Source: an uncultured cyanobacterium (lineage in GTDB: Bacteria; Cyanobacteriota; Cyanobacteriia; Cyanobacteriales; Nostocaceae). From it: a DNA stretch of 64,000 nucleotides. Position numbers and translations under genes: made by a program. Below the pieces are notes generated by a model. The model worked only from the letters and a program-made list of their open reading frames with translations, was not told where the DNA came from and searched no databases. Positions within the stretch are counted from its first letter, which is position 1; every line of letters starts with the position of its first letter. The DNA lies in contig CAINGU010000059.1 in the NCBI GenBank assembly GCA_903848645.1, forward strand, positions 55,038 through 119,037, given 5' to 3'. Of this stretch, positions 1-9,468 are shown piece by piece.

Positions 1-369
1 AATTCCTTGATTTAGCCAAGTTCGATCTTCAGGTAATAACTCCGATGGAAACCATAAACTCAGAGAATCTCCGGCTAGTATGGTTAATCGCTGGGGATTT
101 TTCTGGGCAGTTATTTTAGCTTCTTGCTTGAGGATATCCAACCATTGGGGATAACTAAGTTTATGACGGGGGCCTAACTCTGGTTGTACATATTGATTTT
201 TCCAGTTGAGTTTAACTGGTTCTGGGCGATCTGCGATAGCTGTGGTTGCTAACACAGGGGTTAGTTTATGCTGTCGCCAAATCAACAAGATGACCGCTAA
301 CATGAGGATAACGTTAGTTAACAGTGCGAAGAATCCCCAAGCAGGAAAGGTTTTTACACGATTAGACAC
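1..369 (-). CDS. GDSL/SGNH-family lipase/acylhydrolase, N-terminal part (runs off the window start)
   Basis: Not in the ORF track. Manual translation from GTG at 369: VSNRVKTFPAWGFFALLTNVILMLAVILLIWRQ...RLTILAGDSLSLWFPSELLPEDRTWLNQGI. It has a TM anchor, the GDSL block I (GDSL) and the start of block II (NQGI). Confidence 0.85.
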   Translation of the reverse strand, partial: MSNRVKTFPAWGFFALLTNVILMLAVILLIWRQHKLTPVLATTAIADRPEPVKLNWKNQYVQPELGPRHKLSYPQWLDILKQEAKITAQKNPQRLTILAGDSLSLWFPSELLPEDRTWLNQGI

Positions 370-410
370 GACTAATAAAAATGACCGATATTAAATTTAA
401 TTGTAAATCT

Positions 411-531
411 GGTAATGGGTAATTGGTAATGGGTAATGGGTAATTGGTAATGGGTAATGGGTAATTGGAGAAGGCATGAAAATATTGCCCCTACACCCCC
501 ACACCCCTAAACCCCTAAACCCCTAAACCCC
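411..531. repeat. STRR-type short tandem repeats (GGTAAT[G/T]G arrays and CCCCTAAA arrays)
   Basis: Tandem ggtaatg/ggtaatt units at 411-468 and acccctaa units at about 488-531, between amt1 and the GDSL gene. Typical of Nostocales. Confidence 0.85.
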
Positions 532-537
532 TGCCTT

Positions 538-1956
538 TTACTTATTAGAAATACGATCAGCAAACTCGGAGTTATAACCTTCTTCCCCGTGTTCATTGAT
601 ATCCAAGCCTTGATCTTCTGTTTGATCTGGGACTCGTAAACCGACTGTAGCCGCAATAATTTTGAGAATTATCCAAGTTCCCACACCAGCAATGATATAG
701 GCTATGGCGATCGCTCCTAGTTCCACAAATAATTCACCGAAGTTACCACGCAATACCCCATCTTTACCGCCGCTATTAACTTCAACTGTGGCAAAGATAG
801 CTGTTAAAATCGCGCCTATCGTCCCACCAACGCCATGGACGGGATAGGTATCCAAGGCATCATCAACCCGCAACTTGTGCTTAAAACTGACAGCAAAGAA
901 GCAGACAACAGAGGTAATAAAACCGATTAAAATTGCGGCTACAGGTGTGACAAATCCGGCGGCTGGGGTGATACCAACTAAACCAGCTACTGCACCTGTG
1001 GCTGCGCCTACTGCGGTGGGTTTTCCTCGCAATGTGGCTTCTAAAATCAACCACATTAATGCGCCGGCGGCTGCTGCTGTATTGGTGGCAACAAAGGCTA
1101 CTGTGGCTACTGTGCCTGCGGATAAAGCACTACCAGCGTTAAAGCCAAACCAACCAAACCAAAGTAAACCAGCACCTAACAAAATAAAGGGGACATTGTG
1201 GGGAGGGCTAAGACGATCTGGATAGTTTTTTCTCGGACCGAGGACAATTGCTGCTACTAACGCCGAAACACCAGAACTAATATGCACTACTGTTCCACCA
1301 GCAAAGTCTAGAGCGCCTATCCCACCAGCTAACCCTAAAAATCCTCCTTTTGCCCAAACCATGTGTGCCAGTGGTGTGTAGATGAAAGTTGACCACAGCA
1401 CTACAAATAGACAATAGGCACGGAAACTCATCCGTTCGGCGATCGCTCCTGAAATTAAGGCTGGGGTGATAATTGCAAACATGGCTTGATAGATCATGAA
1501 TGCTTGATGGGGAATTGTCCCCGCATAGGAATTCATATCAGCATAAGCTGGATCTGCGGCTTTGAGGGCATCTTCATAGCCCATGTGGGGTAAATAGCCT
1601 TGGGTTTCTAAACCTATATTCCCAAACATCCAATTCCAACCACCGATGATCGGGTTACCTGGTGCAAAGGAGAAACTATAACCCCAGAGAATCCAGGTTA
1701 CTCCCACAATTGCCATCAACACAAAACTCATCATTAATGTGTTGAGGATATTATGCGATCGCACAAACCCACCATAAAAGAAAGCTAATCCCGGTGTCAT
1801 TAACAATACTAGGGCTGAGGAAATCAGCATAAATGCTGTATCTCCTGTATTAGCAGCAGGTGCAGCCGCTGGAGCTTCTGCAAAGGCATTTCCTGTTAAC
1901 AACCCTACTAGCAGAAATAGGGTTAAACACCCAATGATAACCACTTTTTTGAACAC
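538..1956 (-). CDS. amt1: Ammonium transporter (Amt family)
   Basis: Motifs DFAGGTVVH, LLWFGWFGFNAGS, DDALDTYPVHG. Probable start is GTG at 1956 with GAGG upstream; the ORF track extends to TTG at 2004. Confidence 0.96.
   Translation of the reverse strand: MFKKVVIIGCLTLFLLVGLLTGNAFAEAPAAAPAANTGDTAFMLISSALVLLMTPGLAFFYGGFVRSHNILNTLMMSFVLMAIVGVTWILWGYSFSFAPGNPIIGGWNWMFGNIGLETQGYLPHMGYEDALKAADPAYADMNSYAGTIPHQAFMIYQAMFAIITPALISGAIAERMSFRAYCLFVVLWSTFIYTPLAHMVWAKGGFLGLAGGIGALDFAGGTVVHISSGVSALVAAIVLGPRKNYPDRLSPPHNVPFILLGAGLLWFGWFGFNAGSALSAGTVATVAFVATNTAAAAGALMWLILEATLRGKPTAVGAATGAVAGLVGITPAAGFVTPVAAILIGFITSVVCFFAVSFKHKLRVDDALDTYPVHGVGGTIGAILTAIFATVEVNSGGKDGVLRGNFGELFVELGAIAIAYIIAGVGTWIILKIIAATVGLRVPDQTEDQGLDINEHGEEGYNSEFADRISNK
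707..714. repeat. HIP1 octamer GCGATCGC (one example of about 20 copies across the window)
   Basis: Seen repeatedly, mostly inside coding sequences. A cyanobacterial genome signature. Confidence 0.9.
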
Positions 1957-2007
1957 TTGTTTTCTTTCCTCTAGCTCTACGATGTTGGTCTTAATTAAAT
2001 ACAATTC

Positions 2008-2021
2008 GTAGTATTTGTTAC
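2008..2021. promoter_or_regulatory. Candidate NtcA box upstream of amt1
   Basis: GTA-gtatttgt-TAC (GTA-N8-TAC), 52 nt upstream of the probable amt1 start. amt genes are established NtcA targets. I see no TAN3T -10 element 22 nt downstream. Confidence 0.5.
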
Positions 2022-2309
2022 TTTTTTCTGTCTTAAAAGCTACTCAACTTTTAATTTTGCAGTAAGCTTAACAAAAATATTATCTTTTATGTAACTTAAT
2101 ATTTGCATAGGTATTGATTTTATGATGAAATATTTACATATTGTACTGATGTAAAAAATAGCCTCTTCCATAACTCAGGGAGAGATTAAAATAAAAGTAC
2201 AACTATGAAAAATTGCTTGCTGTCCATACAATATAGACAATTATTCTTAATAATACAGTCCTCTTTAACTGTGTAAAATCTTATCTACCCAATCAAAATT
2301 CTCTTAGTT

Positions 2310-3131
2310 ATGCAATTAGGGATGAAAAAACATAATACTCTAAATAATGCTGCTAAATTAACTGCTTTGCTATGTTTACTCACCATCTTGCTCACGCCTT
2401 GTGTGATAGTTAATGCTGGTGAGCGTGGCGTATTAATGAAGTTTGGTCAAGTCCAAGAACAGATATTAGGAGAAGGTATTCACTTAATTATCCCTGTGAT
2501 CAATACAGTCAAAAAAATTAGTATCAGAATTCAAAAGCAGGAAATATCAACTGAAGCAGCTTCTAAAGATTTGCAAAATATTTTTATAAATGTAGCTCTT
2601 AATTGGCATTTTTTCCCAGATAAAGTTAATAGAATATTTCAACAAATTGGTGATGAGAATCAAGTTATTGAATCTATTATAAATCCAGGAATTGAAGAAG
2701 TATTAAAAGCAGTTATTTCCCAATATACTGCTGAAGAAGTAATTACAAAACGCGGGGATGTTAAGAGAGAGTTAGATCAAGCCCTAACTGTAAGATTAGG
2801 GACTTATAATCTAGAAGTTAATGATATTTCCTTAGTTCATATTCGCTTTTCTGACAAATTCAGAGCAGCAGTAGAATCAAAACAAATTGCCGCACAGGAA
2901 GCAAAGCGGGCTGAATTTATTGCCTTAAAAGCAGTGAAAGAAGCAGAAGTGAAAGTGAATTTAGCAAAAGGAGAAGCAGAGGCTCAAAGCTTGCTCAGAG
3001 AGGTTTTGACACCGGAATTATTACAAAGACAAGCGATAGAAAAATGGAATGGAAAGCTACCGCTAATTATGGGTAAAGATAATTTGAAGCTTTGGAATAT
3101 TCAGGATTTAATTACAGGTAGTGAAAATTAA
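2310..3131 (+). CDS. SPFH/prohibitin (band 7) family membrane protein
   Basis: N-terminal TM segment, then VNAGERGVLMKFG, SKDLQ and a C-terminal coiled coil (AVESKQIAAQEAKRA). Confidence 0.92.
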   Translation: MQLGMKKHNTLNNAAKLTALLCLLTILLTPCVIVNAGERGVLMKFGQVQEQILGEGIHLIIPVINTVKKISIRIQKQEISTEAASKDLQNIFINVALNWHFFPDKVNRIFQQIGDENQVIESIINPGIEEVLKAVISQYTAEEVITKRGDVKRELDQALTVRLGTYNLEVNDISLVHIRFSDKFRAAVESKQIAAQEAKRAEFIALKAVKEAEVKVNLAKGEAEAQSLLREVLTPELLQRQAIEKWNGKLPLIMGKDNLKLWNIQDLITGSEN

Positions 3132-3164
3132 CTTCTGGGGAATATTGGGAAGTAATTCTATCTA

Positions 3165-3611
3165 TCACCCATTGGTAAATAAAATGGGAGTATCAATAAT
3201 CTTCAACTGAATTAAAAGTACAATTAGTAATGTATATATAGTTGAAGAAATGAGACTGTTAAATAACTCTTTTTTGAGATTACGCTCTTGATTTTCTTTT
3301 TGCAACATATCTACTGATCCAAACTGCATCAACAGTATACCTAGAATATTTGATAGCCAGTAGCCAAGAATAGTACAAGGAAAAAGCAATTTAGGCGATA
3401 ATAAACTACATAAATACCCAAAAAAGTAAGCAATGGGTAGGTTAAATAATAAGTCATTCCACCAACATAGAGGAGAAAGCAAGTATCCCAACACTAACAA
3501 GAATCCACCTCTGAGTTTCTTCCAAATGTTCATGCTTGGCTGTGCTAAAGAGATTTGTGTGTTTTCGCTATTGATACTGACTTTTGGACTTTCTGCTTGG
3601 ATGTTGGTCAT
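3165..3611 (-). CDS. Hypothetical membrane protein
   Basis: 148-aa ORF with several hydrophobic segments and an LSPLCWWNDL motif. Co-directional with the upstream tauE-DUF1634 genes. Confidence 0.75.
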   Translation of the reverse strand: MTNIQAESPKVSINSENTQISLAQPSMNIWKKLRGGFLLVLGYLLSPLCWWNDLLFNLPIAYFFGYLCSLLSPKLLFPCTILGYWLSNILGILLMQFGSVDMLQKENQERNLKKELFNSLISSTIYTLLIVLLIQLKIIDTPILFTNG

Positions 3612-3704
3612 AAAACTACACTAATTCTATCGTCTTAGTGTAGTTTAACTTAAGAAGTGAGAAAATGTCCAACATTGAGCAATAGTCATGAGTTGTGGAA
3701 AATA

Positions 3705-4262
3705 TTAGTAATATGCGCCAAGTAGACTATAGGTTAGACTAGCAAGCACTAATGATGTAATGACGACATAGATAAAATTTCGCTGTAAAAGAAAAGTGCA
3801 GAAAGAAATGATCACCCGCAAAATGGGGATAGCAATTAGTATTAACAGCCCTAACTGAATAATTCCCCTTCTGCTACCTGCAAAAACAGCATTCACTACA
3901 CCTATGGGGGAGTGAAACTCAGATGGTGTGCCTATAAAGACTTGATATTCCGCTGGCTCAGAGCCATGATGAATTAAATATAGTATACCCCCGAATAATA
4001 CTATAGAACTAGCGATTAAAACTCCATACTTTAGGAGGTTACTGAGTAAATATTCTAATTGTTTTTCATTTGCTGATTTTGTGAGTTTTTGATGACTAAA
4101 ATTTTCATCATCATGATTTACATTTGCTGCATGATGAAGATGATGTTTTTCTAACTCTTGAATATCACAATCTCGCTCCTCTAATTCAAAAGTGAAAGCT
4201 CCAATTTCTCTTTCTATCTGTGTTGTGCAAGTCCAGCGAAAACCAGAATTTAATTTATACAT
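3705..4262 (-). CDS. DUF1634-family membrane protein with His-rich N-terminal extension
   Basis: C-terminal LLKYGVLIAS...IIQLGLLILIAIPILRV is typical of DUF1634. It starts 2 nt after the tauE stop, the usual TauE-DUF1634 pairing. Confidence 0.85.
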   Translation of the reverse strand: MYKLNSGFRWTCTTQIEREIGAFTFELEERDCDIQELEKHHLHHAANVNHDDENFSHQKLTKSANEKQLEYLLSNLLKYGVLIASSIVLFGGILYLIHHGSEPAEYQVFIGTPSEFHSPIGVVNAVFAGSRRGIIQLGLLILIAIPILRVIISFCTFLLQRNFIYVVITSLVLASLTYSLLGAYY

Positions 4263-4264
4263 AA

Positions 4265-5101
4265 TTACAGCCCTCCTATTAGACTGTTATAGACCATTTT
4301 TAATGCCATTACTACCAATACAAAGCTGAAGATAATTCTTAAAATTTGGGTTTTAGCACCAATTAAAATTCTCGCTCCTAAAAAAGCACCTGGTAACACT
4401 CCCAACATCACCGGCATAGATAAACCTGGATCTATGTATCCCTGGGTTAAATAAACACCTGCTGAGGCTGCGGCTGTGACACCAATCATAAAATTGCTGG
4501 TGGTAGTAGAAACTTTAAAAGGGAGACGCATGGCTTGGTCCATAGCCAATACCTTGAATGCTCCCGAACCAATTCCTAATAAACCAGAAAGCACTCCTGC
4601 TACCAGCATAATACTAAAACCAGCAGGTAAGGCATGAACTTGGTAAGGGATTACACCGTCACCAGTAGGGTAAGTACCATTAAGCTGGAGATATTCTGCT
4701 AAGGGGTCTGGTGGAGAAATTTCTGTTTGTTCTGGTCTGGGGCGTTGAGACAGGTATGCTGAATAAATTAGCACAATAGCCAAAATTAAGGAAAGTATTT
4801 TTACGGTTACATGAGTGGCAATGAGAGCGCCAATCAAAGCTCCAATGGTGGTGGCTACCTCCAGAAACATCCCCAAGCGCAGATTAGCGTAGCCTTTTTT
4901 AATATACGTAGAGGCTGAACCTAATGATGTAGCAATCACTGATACTAATGATGCTCCAACGGCATAGCGAATATCAACACCAAAGACGGAAGTTAATAAC
5001 GGAACTATGACGACTCCACCACCTAACCCAGTTAATGCTCCGACTAACCCGGCACTAAATGATCCCAACCAAACCAGTAAAGAAAATGCTAGTATGCTCA
5101 A
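4265..5101 (-). CDS. TauE/SafE (TSUP) family permease
   Basis: Repeated GALTGLGGG and SGLLGIGSG motifs, KVSTTTSNFMIG, about 8 TM segments. Confidence 0.92.
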   Translation of the reverse strand: MSILAFSLLVWLGSFSAGLVGALTGLGGGVVIVPLLTSVFGVDIRYAVGASLVSVIATSLGSASTYIKKGYANLRLGMFLEVATTIGALIGALIATHVTVKILSLILAIVLIYSAYLSQRPRPEQTEISPPDPLAEYLQLNGTYPTGDGVIPYQVHALPAGFSIMLVAGVLSGLLGIGSGAFKVLAMDQAMRLPFKVSTTTSNFMIGVTAAASAGVYLTQGYIDPGLSMPVMLGVLPGAFLGARILIGAKTQILRIIFSFVLVVMALKMVYNSLIGGL

Positions 5102-5180
5102 TTTGAATTCCTCTTTTTTTAGTCTATATTTATGATGCCTAGATAATTTTTGTCAGCAGGATGTAAATAGAAAACTTCAT

Positions 5181-5819
5181 TTATCTATGCAGAAGATTGA
5201 AGACACTAAAACTATGACTATCGAGGAAGATAAAAGTACCTAATCCGATTAAGATAAAGGGCATAAAACGATTTCCATATTTAGTAAAGATATCAGCGAT
5301 CGCTTGATTGTGAGTTAACTTATGTGCTACATAACACAACACCCCCACCAATGAAAAGAAAACACCCAAAATTACTAATAGACTTTGCCAATTACTGCTG
5401 GCAAATATCGGCACATAAATACTAATGTTATCCGTTCCATTGGCAAATGTGACAGCCGCAACACTATAAGTTTGCAAATTGAAAAATCTCGCTATTAGCG
5501 ATTCCTGAGAAACTTTTGTTTCTGTCTTTGCGTCCTCTAATTCATCTGTTTCTCGATTCATTAAACTCTTGATGCCAATGATAATTGGGACTAAGCCAAA
5601 TAAACCAATCCAGGGACGGGGTAAAATTAATCCGCCGAAAAAACCAGGCAAACTAGCCAAAATCAAAGCCGTAAAACCTAAATATTGACCAATAATAATA
5701 TGCCAGCGGCGAAACTTAGCATCCACCTGAGAGAAAAACAAAGTCAGGATGACTAAATCATCAATATTTGTGGCACTAAAAGCCATTGCTCCGGTACTAA
5801 TTGCAGTTACTACACTCAT
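5181..5819 (-). CDS. cadD: CadD-family (cadmium resistance transporter-like) membrane protein, paralog 1
   Basis: FSATNIDDL, GQYLGF and ANGTDNISIYVP motifs. Probable start is ATG at 5819. Confidence 0.88.
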   Translation of the reverse strand: MSVVTAISTGAMAFSATNIDDLVILTLFFSQVDAKFRRWHIIIGQYLGFTALILASLPGFFGGLILPRPWIGLFGLVPIIIGIKSLMNRETDELEDAKTETKVSQESLIARFFNLQTYSVAAVTFANGTDNISIYVPIFASSNWQSLLVILGVFFSLVGVLCYVAHKLTHNQAIADIFTKYGNRFMPFILIGLGTFIFLDSHSFSVFNLLHR

Positions 5820-5913
5820 AACGATTTTAGATTTTGAATTTTCGACTATCAAAAGATATTGAGTAAGGATTAATGTTGATCCTTCCCAATTACCAATTAC
5901 CTATTTCCAACCC

Positions 5914-7368
5914 TTAATAATTATTTCTTTCTGCGAATCGGGCATGAATATCATCAACTCTTTGGCGAATTCCTGCTACTAAATGGGGAGAACGCTGTTT
6001 TTTGATAAAGAACCAACCGCAAGTAACAGAAAGATACAACAAGAACAAGTAAGGAAAGGTATTATAAGGAGCTTCCGGAATGGGAAATAGGCTACTACCA
6101 GGAATCCCCACACTACCTAAAACTGGGATCATCATAAAGGCTACAGCTAAGACGGCAAATACAATATCTATGGCACGAAGTTTGCTGATTTTGTATAAAT
6201 AGACTGGAGCAGCAACGGAAATCAGAATATAAACAGTTAAAAATCCATAACTACAAATAGCCCCCAAATAGCCCATACAATCGAATAGTTTGATGTGAAA
6301 GAAGGACATCATTGCGGGGATTAAAAATGTCAATAGCGAACACATCGTGACGGCAATATGAGGTGTTCTATTGGCTGCGTGGGCGTTACCTAAAGAGGCA
6401 TGAAACAAACCATGACGAGCCATTAAAAAAGCTACTCTAGCCGCAGGATTGATACTACCAAGAATGCAAGCAAAGAAACTAAACAACGCTCCTAACGCTA
6501 CCAATTCTCCCAAAAAACCCACTCCTGCTTGTCGGGAAAGGAAACCCAAAGGTTCTTCGGTGTCTTTAATTGAGATTCCTGTACCTTGAAAACCCAGAAT
6601 TTCTATATAGGTGGTGGAAATAAAAAATAGCCCTGCAAGGATAACACTACCCATAACGGCTCTAGGTATGGTGCGTAATGGCTTTTTAGCTTCATCACCC
6701 AAGCTAGTCGCACTTTCAAAGCCAGAAAAACCAAACATTACTAATACAAGTCCTGTGGCTACACTACCAGGAGTAACACCAGAAAGGGTGATTTGAGACA
6801 TATCGACAGCAAAGCCTTTGTGCGCCCAAATGATGATACATAAGATACTTATCAACACGAGGGAAGCACCTTCTAACCAAAGCATAGCTACAGCCGAAAG
6901 TTGGATATCTTTGTAAGCTGCATACCAGGAAATCCCTGCACCAATGGCTAACAGTGTGATGCTAGAAGGATGAATACCCAAATGACCAATTAGCATTCCA
7001 CTAAAATTAGCAAATCCGCACAGAACGGACATTCCTGTAAATAAATAAGCCAGCACTAAACTCCAACCGCAAACTACTCCTGCTGTTGGTCCTAAGCCTT
7101 GGGTAATGTAGGAATAGAGAGAACCAGGAGACGCGGAACGACTAGCAAATTGGTTAATGTTAATGCTGACTAACATTAGTCCAATCAACCCAATCACAAA
7201 ACTTAGCCAAGTTCCATTTCCTGAAAGTGCCACAATTAAACCGATATTAGATGCTGGTATGGTTGTGGGGGCAATTACAGCAAATGATTGGGCTAATACT
7301 TCCGAAAAAGATAGGCAATTTGACCTTAATCCATGAATACTTTGATGGGAAGATATTTCTTTGTTCAT
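5914..7368 (-). CDS. APC-superfamily amino acid/amine permease
   Basis: About 12 TM segments. Motifs SPGSLYSY and FSGFESATSLGDEAKKPLRTIPRA. Confidence 0.92.
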   Translation of the reverse strand: MNKEISSHQSIHGLRSNCLSFSEVLAQSFAVIAPTTIPASNIGLIVALSGNGTWLSFVIGLIGLMLVSININQFASRSASPGSLYSYITQGLGPTAGVVCGWSLVLAYLFTGMSVLCGFANFSGMLIGHLGIHPSSITLLAIGAGISWYAAYKDIQLSAVAMLWLEGASLVLISILCIIIWAHKGFAVDMSQITLSGVTPGSVATGLVLVMFGFSGFESATSLGDEAKKPLRTIPRAVMGSVILAGLFFISTTYIEILGFQGTGISIKDTEEPLGFLSRQAGVGFLGELVALGALFSFFACILGSINPAARVAFLMARHGLFHASLGNAHAANRTPHIAVTMCSLLTFLIPAMMSFFHIKLFDCMGYLGAICSYGFLTVYILISVAAPVYLYKISKLRAIDIVFAVLAVAFMMIPVLGSVGIPGSSLFPIPEAPYNTFPYLFLLYLSVTCGWFFIKKQRSPHLVAGIRQRVDDIHARFAERNNY

Positions 7369-8197
7369 TTTAGGGTTTTATGGTTATGGTAAATGACACA
7401 TAATTTGATAGGCTATGGAGAATTATTGATATTTGTCTGATGAATATCTATAAGGCACATTTGTTCATGTTGATTGTGGACAAATGTAATGTAAAGTTTT
7501 CCGTGGGTGTGATGATTTTAGTTTTTGACTCTGCGGTCATAAAATCCGCATATTCATTACACTCTAGCTACTTTAAGTTAGATATTTTAGGCTGGTTATA
7601 TCAATTGTTTGTAAGTCGTAATGGGAAATTTTCCGGGTTATAGATCCTTAAGTGCCAAGTTTTGATAACTTTTGCATCTATGGATACATTTGAATTCAGG
7701 AACTGTGTTTATCTTGACAAATTAAATACTACCTTATCTGTTCGTCGTAAGCAAGTGTTAGATGAAAAATATTTTTAAGCTTGTATCTATAATTTATGAA
7801 TCCCACAAAGTATATCGGAGTTAGTGCTATTTAATTTTAATTAATTATTTGTTTTTATTTCAATAAAATAAGTATTATAAAATACTACATAATCATGCTT
7901 TTATTGGTGGTGTTTTGTGCTTAAATCATTTGTAAGTCTTACTTTAAAAGACAAAACAGGCTAAATATTTATTTACTCTCACGTAAATACTGAGTGTAAT
8001 ACAAATACAGCTAATCTTGTTGCCAACATAAACTGATGATGGTAACTTGATAAAGTAAATTAATTCACGATCAAAACAAAACGGTAATTTTACAGATTTA
8101 TTTTGAAAAGAAAATTAATCTTTCTACCTGATTGTCATCTGAACTACTTTTTTTCATAGTCATTCAGTTAAACATTGCCACAAGGGAAATTACTACC

Positions 8198-8851
8198 ATG
8201 AAAAGCTTGAAGTGTATATTGGTTGTTGCATTGTTGTGTCTCAGTCTAGTATTTACTGAATCTGCACTAGCTGATCCACCAAGATACAATAAAAATCCTG
8301 ATTACATCACATTAACTGAACAACTGAACCAATTAGAAACTGCGAAAGCTACACAAACTCCATTAGCAGGTTATACATCAGAGCAAATTGACCAAAAAAT
8401 TAATGATTTACAGTTTCAAAAATTTGCTTTTGAGTCAGGAATTGACTGGGGACAATGTAGTAATCAAACAGGGAAAACTCTAGCTATATATGGTACAGAA
8501 CCAAATTTACAAAAAAATAATCACTCCAATGGAGCAGCATTATATTTTTTAGGTGATAATCAAACTACAAAAGATAGATGGAATTGTAAAGGAATATATC
8601 TACCCACAGATGTTCAAGCTGTAGCTTTAGGGTTAAATGGACTAACAGAAGAAGTAACTGGTGGTGTTGTTATTAAAGTTCCTAATGGTACTAAATTAGT
8701 CTTGAGAAAAAATCCAGATACTAGCGCAATTGAATTTAATCAAGTGGGGACAGAAATTCTTAAAGCTGGTGAGATTAACTGGTTTGTTCCTAATGTTACC
8801 CAAGCAGTTGTAGATACAAAAGTTACTAACGCACCTGCTAAAAAAGCTTAA
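8198..8851 (+). CDS. Secreted hypothetical protein
   Basis: ATG at 8198 opens a Sec signal peptide (MKSLKCILVVALLCLSLVFTESALA, ending A-L-A). The 192-aa mature region has two Cys. Confidence 0.85.
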   Translation: MKSLKCILVVALLCLSLVFTESALADPPRYNKNPDYITLTEQLNQLETAKATQTPLAGYTSEQIDQKINDLQFQKFAFESGIDWGQCSNQTGKTLAIYGTEPNLQKNNHSNGAALYFLGDNQTTKDRWNCKGIYLPTDVQAVALGLNGLTEEVTGGVVIKVPNGTKLVLRKNPDTSAIEFNQVGTEILKAGEINWFVPNVTQAVVDTKVTNAPAKKA

Positions 8852-8861
8852 TGGTCAGTTA

Positions 8862-8897
8862 GTAGGTTGGGTTGCGTTGTTGCTTAACCCAACCTAC
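8862..8897. repeat. GTAG-type REP-like hairpin (possible terminator)
   Basis: Perfect 12-bp inverted repeat GTAGGTTGGGTT...AACCCAACCTAC just after the stop codon. Same family as 40098-40173. Confidence 0.8.
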
Positions 8898-9132
8898 TCA
8901 ACTCATTTTTCATTAACCTAGACTTTTACAAGATGACGTAAAACCTAGATGTGTAGGGGTCAAGTAAAAGCTAAACCCATACCTATGGAATCAAATGATT
9001 AAGCCATGTTGAGTATATCGTCGTCCAGACAGGAGAAATAATTGGCTGCGGAGTCGTAAAAATCAGGAAATCCTCACTAAAACAACTTTATAGATACTGG
9101 TACTAGACATTTTATTATTTATAAGTTTATAA

Positions 9133-9148
9133 TACAGTAAGTTGATAG
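9133..9148 (+). promoter_or_regulatory. Candidate Rrf2 operator, site B
   Basis: TACAGTAAGTTGATAG, 13/16 identical to the site at the Rrf2 start (12249-12264). Confidence 0.55.
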
Positions 9149-9181
9149 AGATGCCGTAGTTTTTATCAAGAATGGCAGAAA

Positions 9182-9292
9182 CTAGTACACTGCGGCGTAA
9201 GTTAATGGACTATTCTCAATCGTTCAAAAGCTGATTTCATATTACTTTTGACTTTTGATTTTTGACTTTTGACTTCCGCCCTGCGGTACTAG
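9182..9292. mobile_element. MITE-like element with CTAGTAC...GTACTAG termini
   Basis: Terminal inverted repeats and an internal TTTTGAC array. A homologous inverted copy lies at 50141-50237. Confidence 0.7.
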
Positions 9293-9468
9293 GGTTGTGA
9301 TTACAACTTGGTATCAAAAATTACACTTTAAAAGTAATAAAAGTTTACTTACAAGATTTATAAATAGTCATCTTGAACAAACTTAGACGGCGATTTTTTG
9401 TATTCATAAAATTAAGTCTATCCAAACCTATCTTCTTCATTTTTCAACTAACTTACATTAATACGAGT

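Noticed and set aside
206-394. 62-aa plus-strand ORF
   Set aside because: Antisense shadow of the GDSL hydrolase on the minus strand.
875-1225. Antisense or alternative-frame ORFs inside well-supported genes (also 3433, 6611, 9576, 16562, 26420, 27581, 41511, 57388 and similar)
   Set aside because: They overlap conserved genes and show no protein motifs. This is expected from codon bias.
7440-7643. 67-aa ORF in the APC/secreted-protein intergenic region
   Set aside because: No clear RBS, no recognisable motif, AT-rich promoter context. Probably spurious, although a small protein cannot be excluded.
7872-7885. GTA-N8-TAC match (GTATTATAAAATAC)
   Set aside because: No properly spaced -10 element on either strand and about 500 nt from the permease. 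Such matches arise by chance every few kb in AT-rich DNA.
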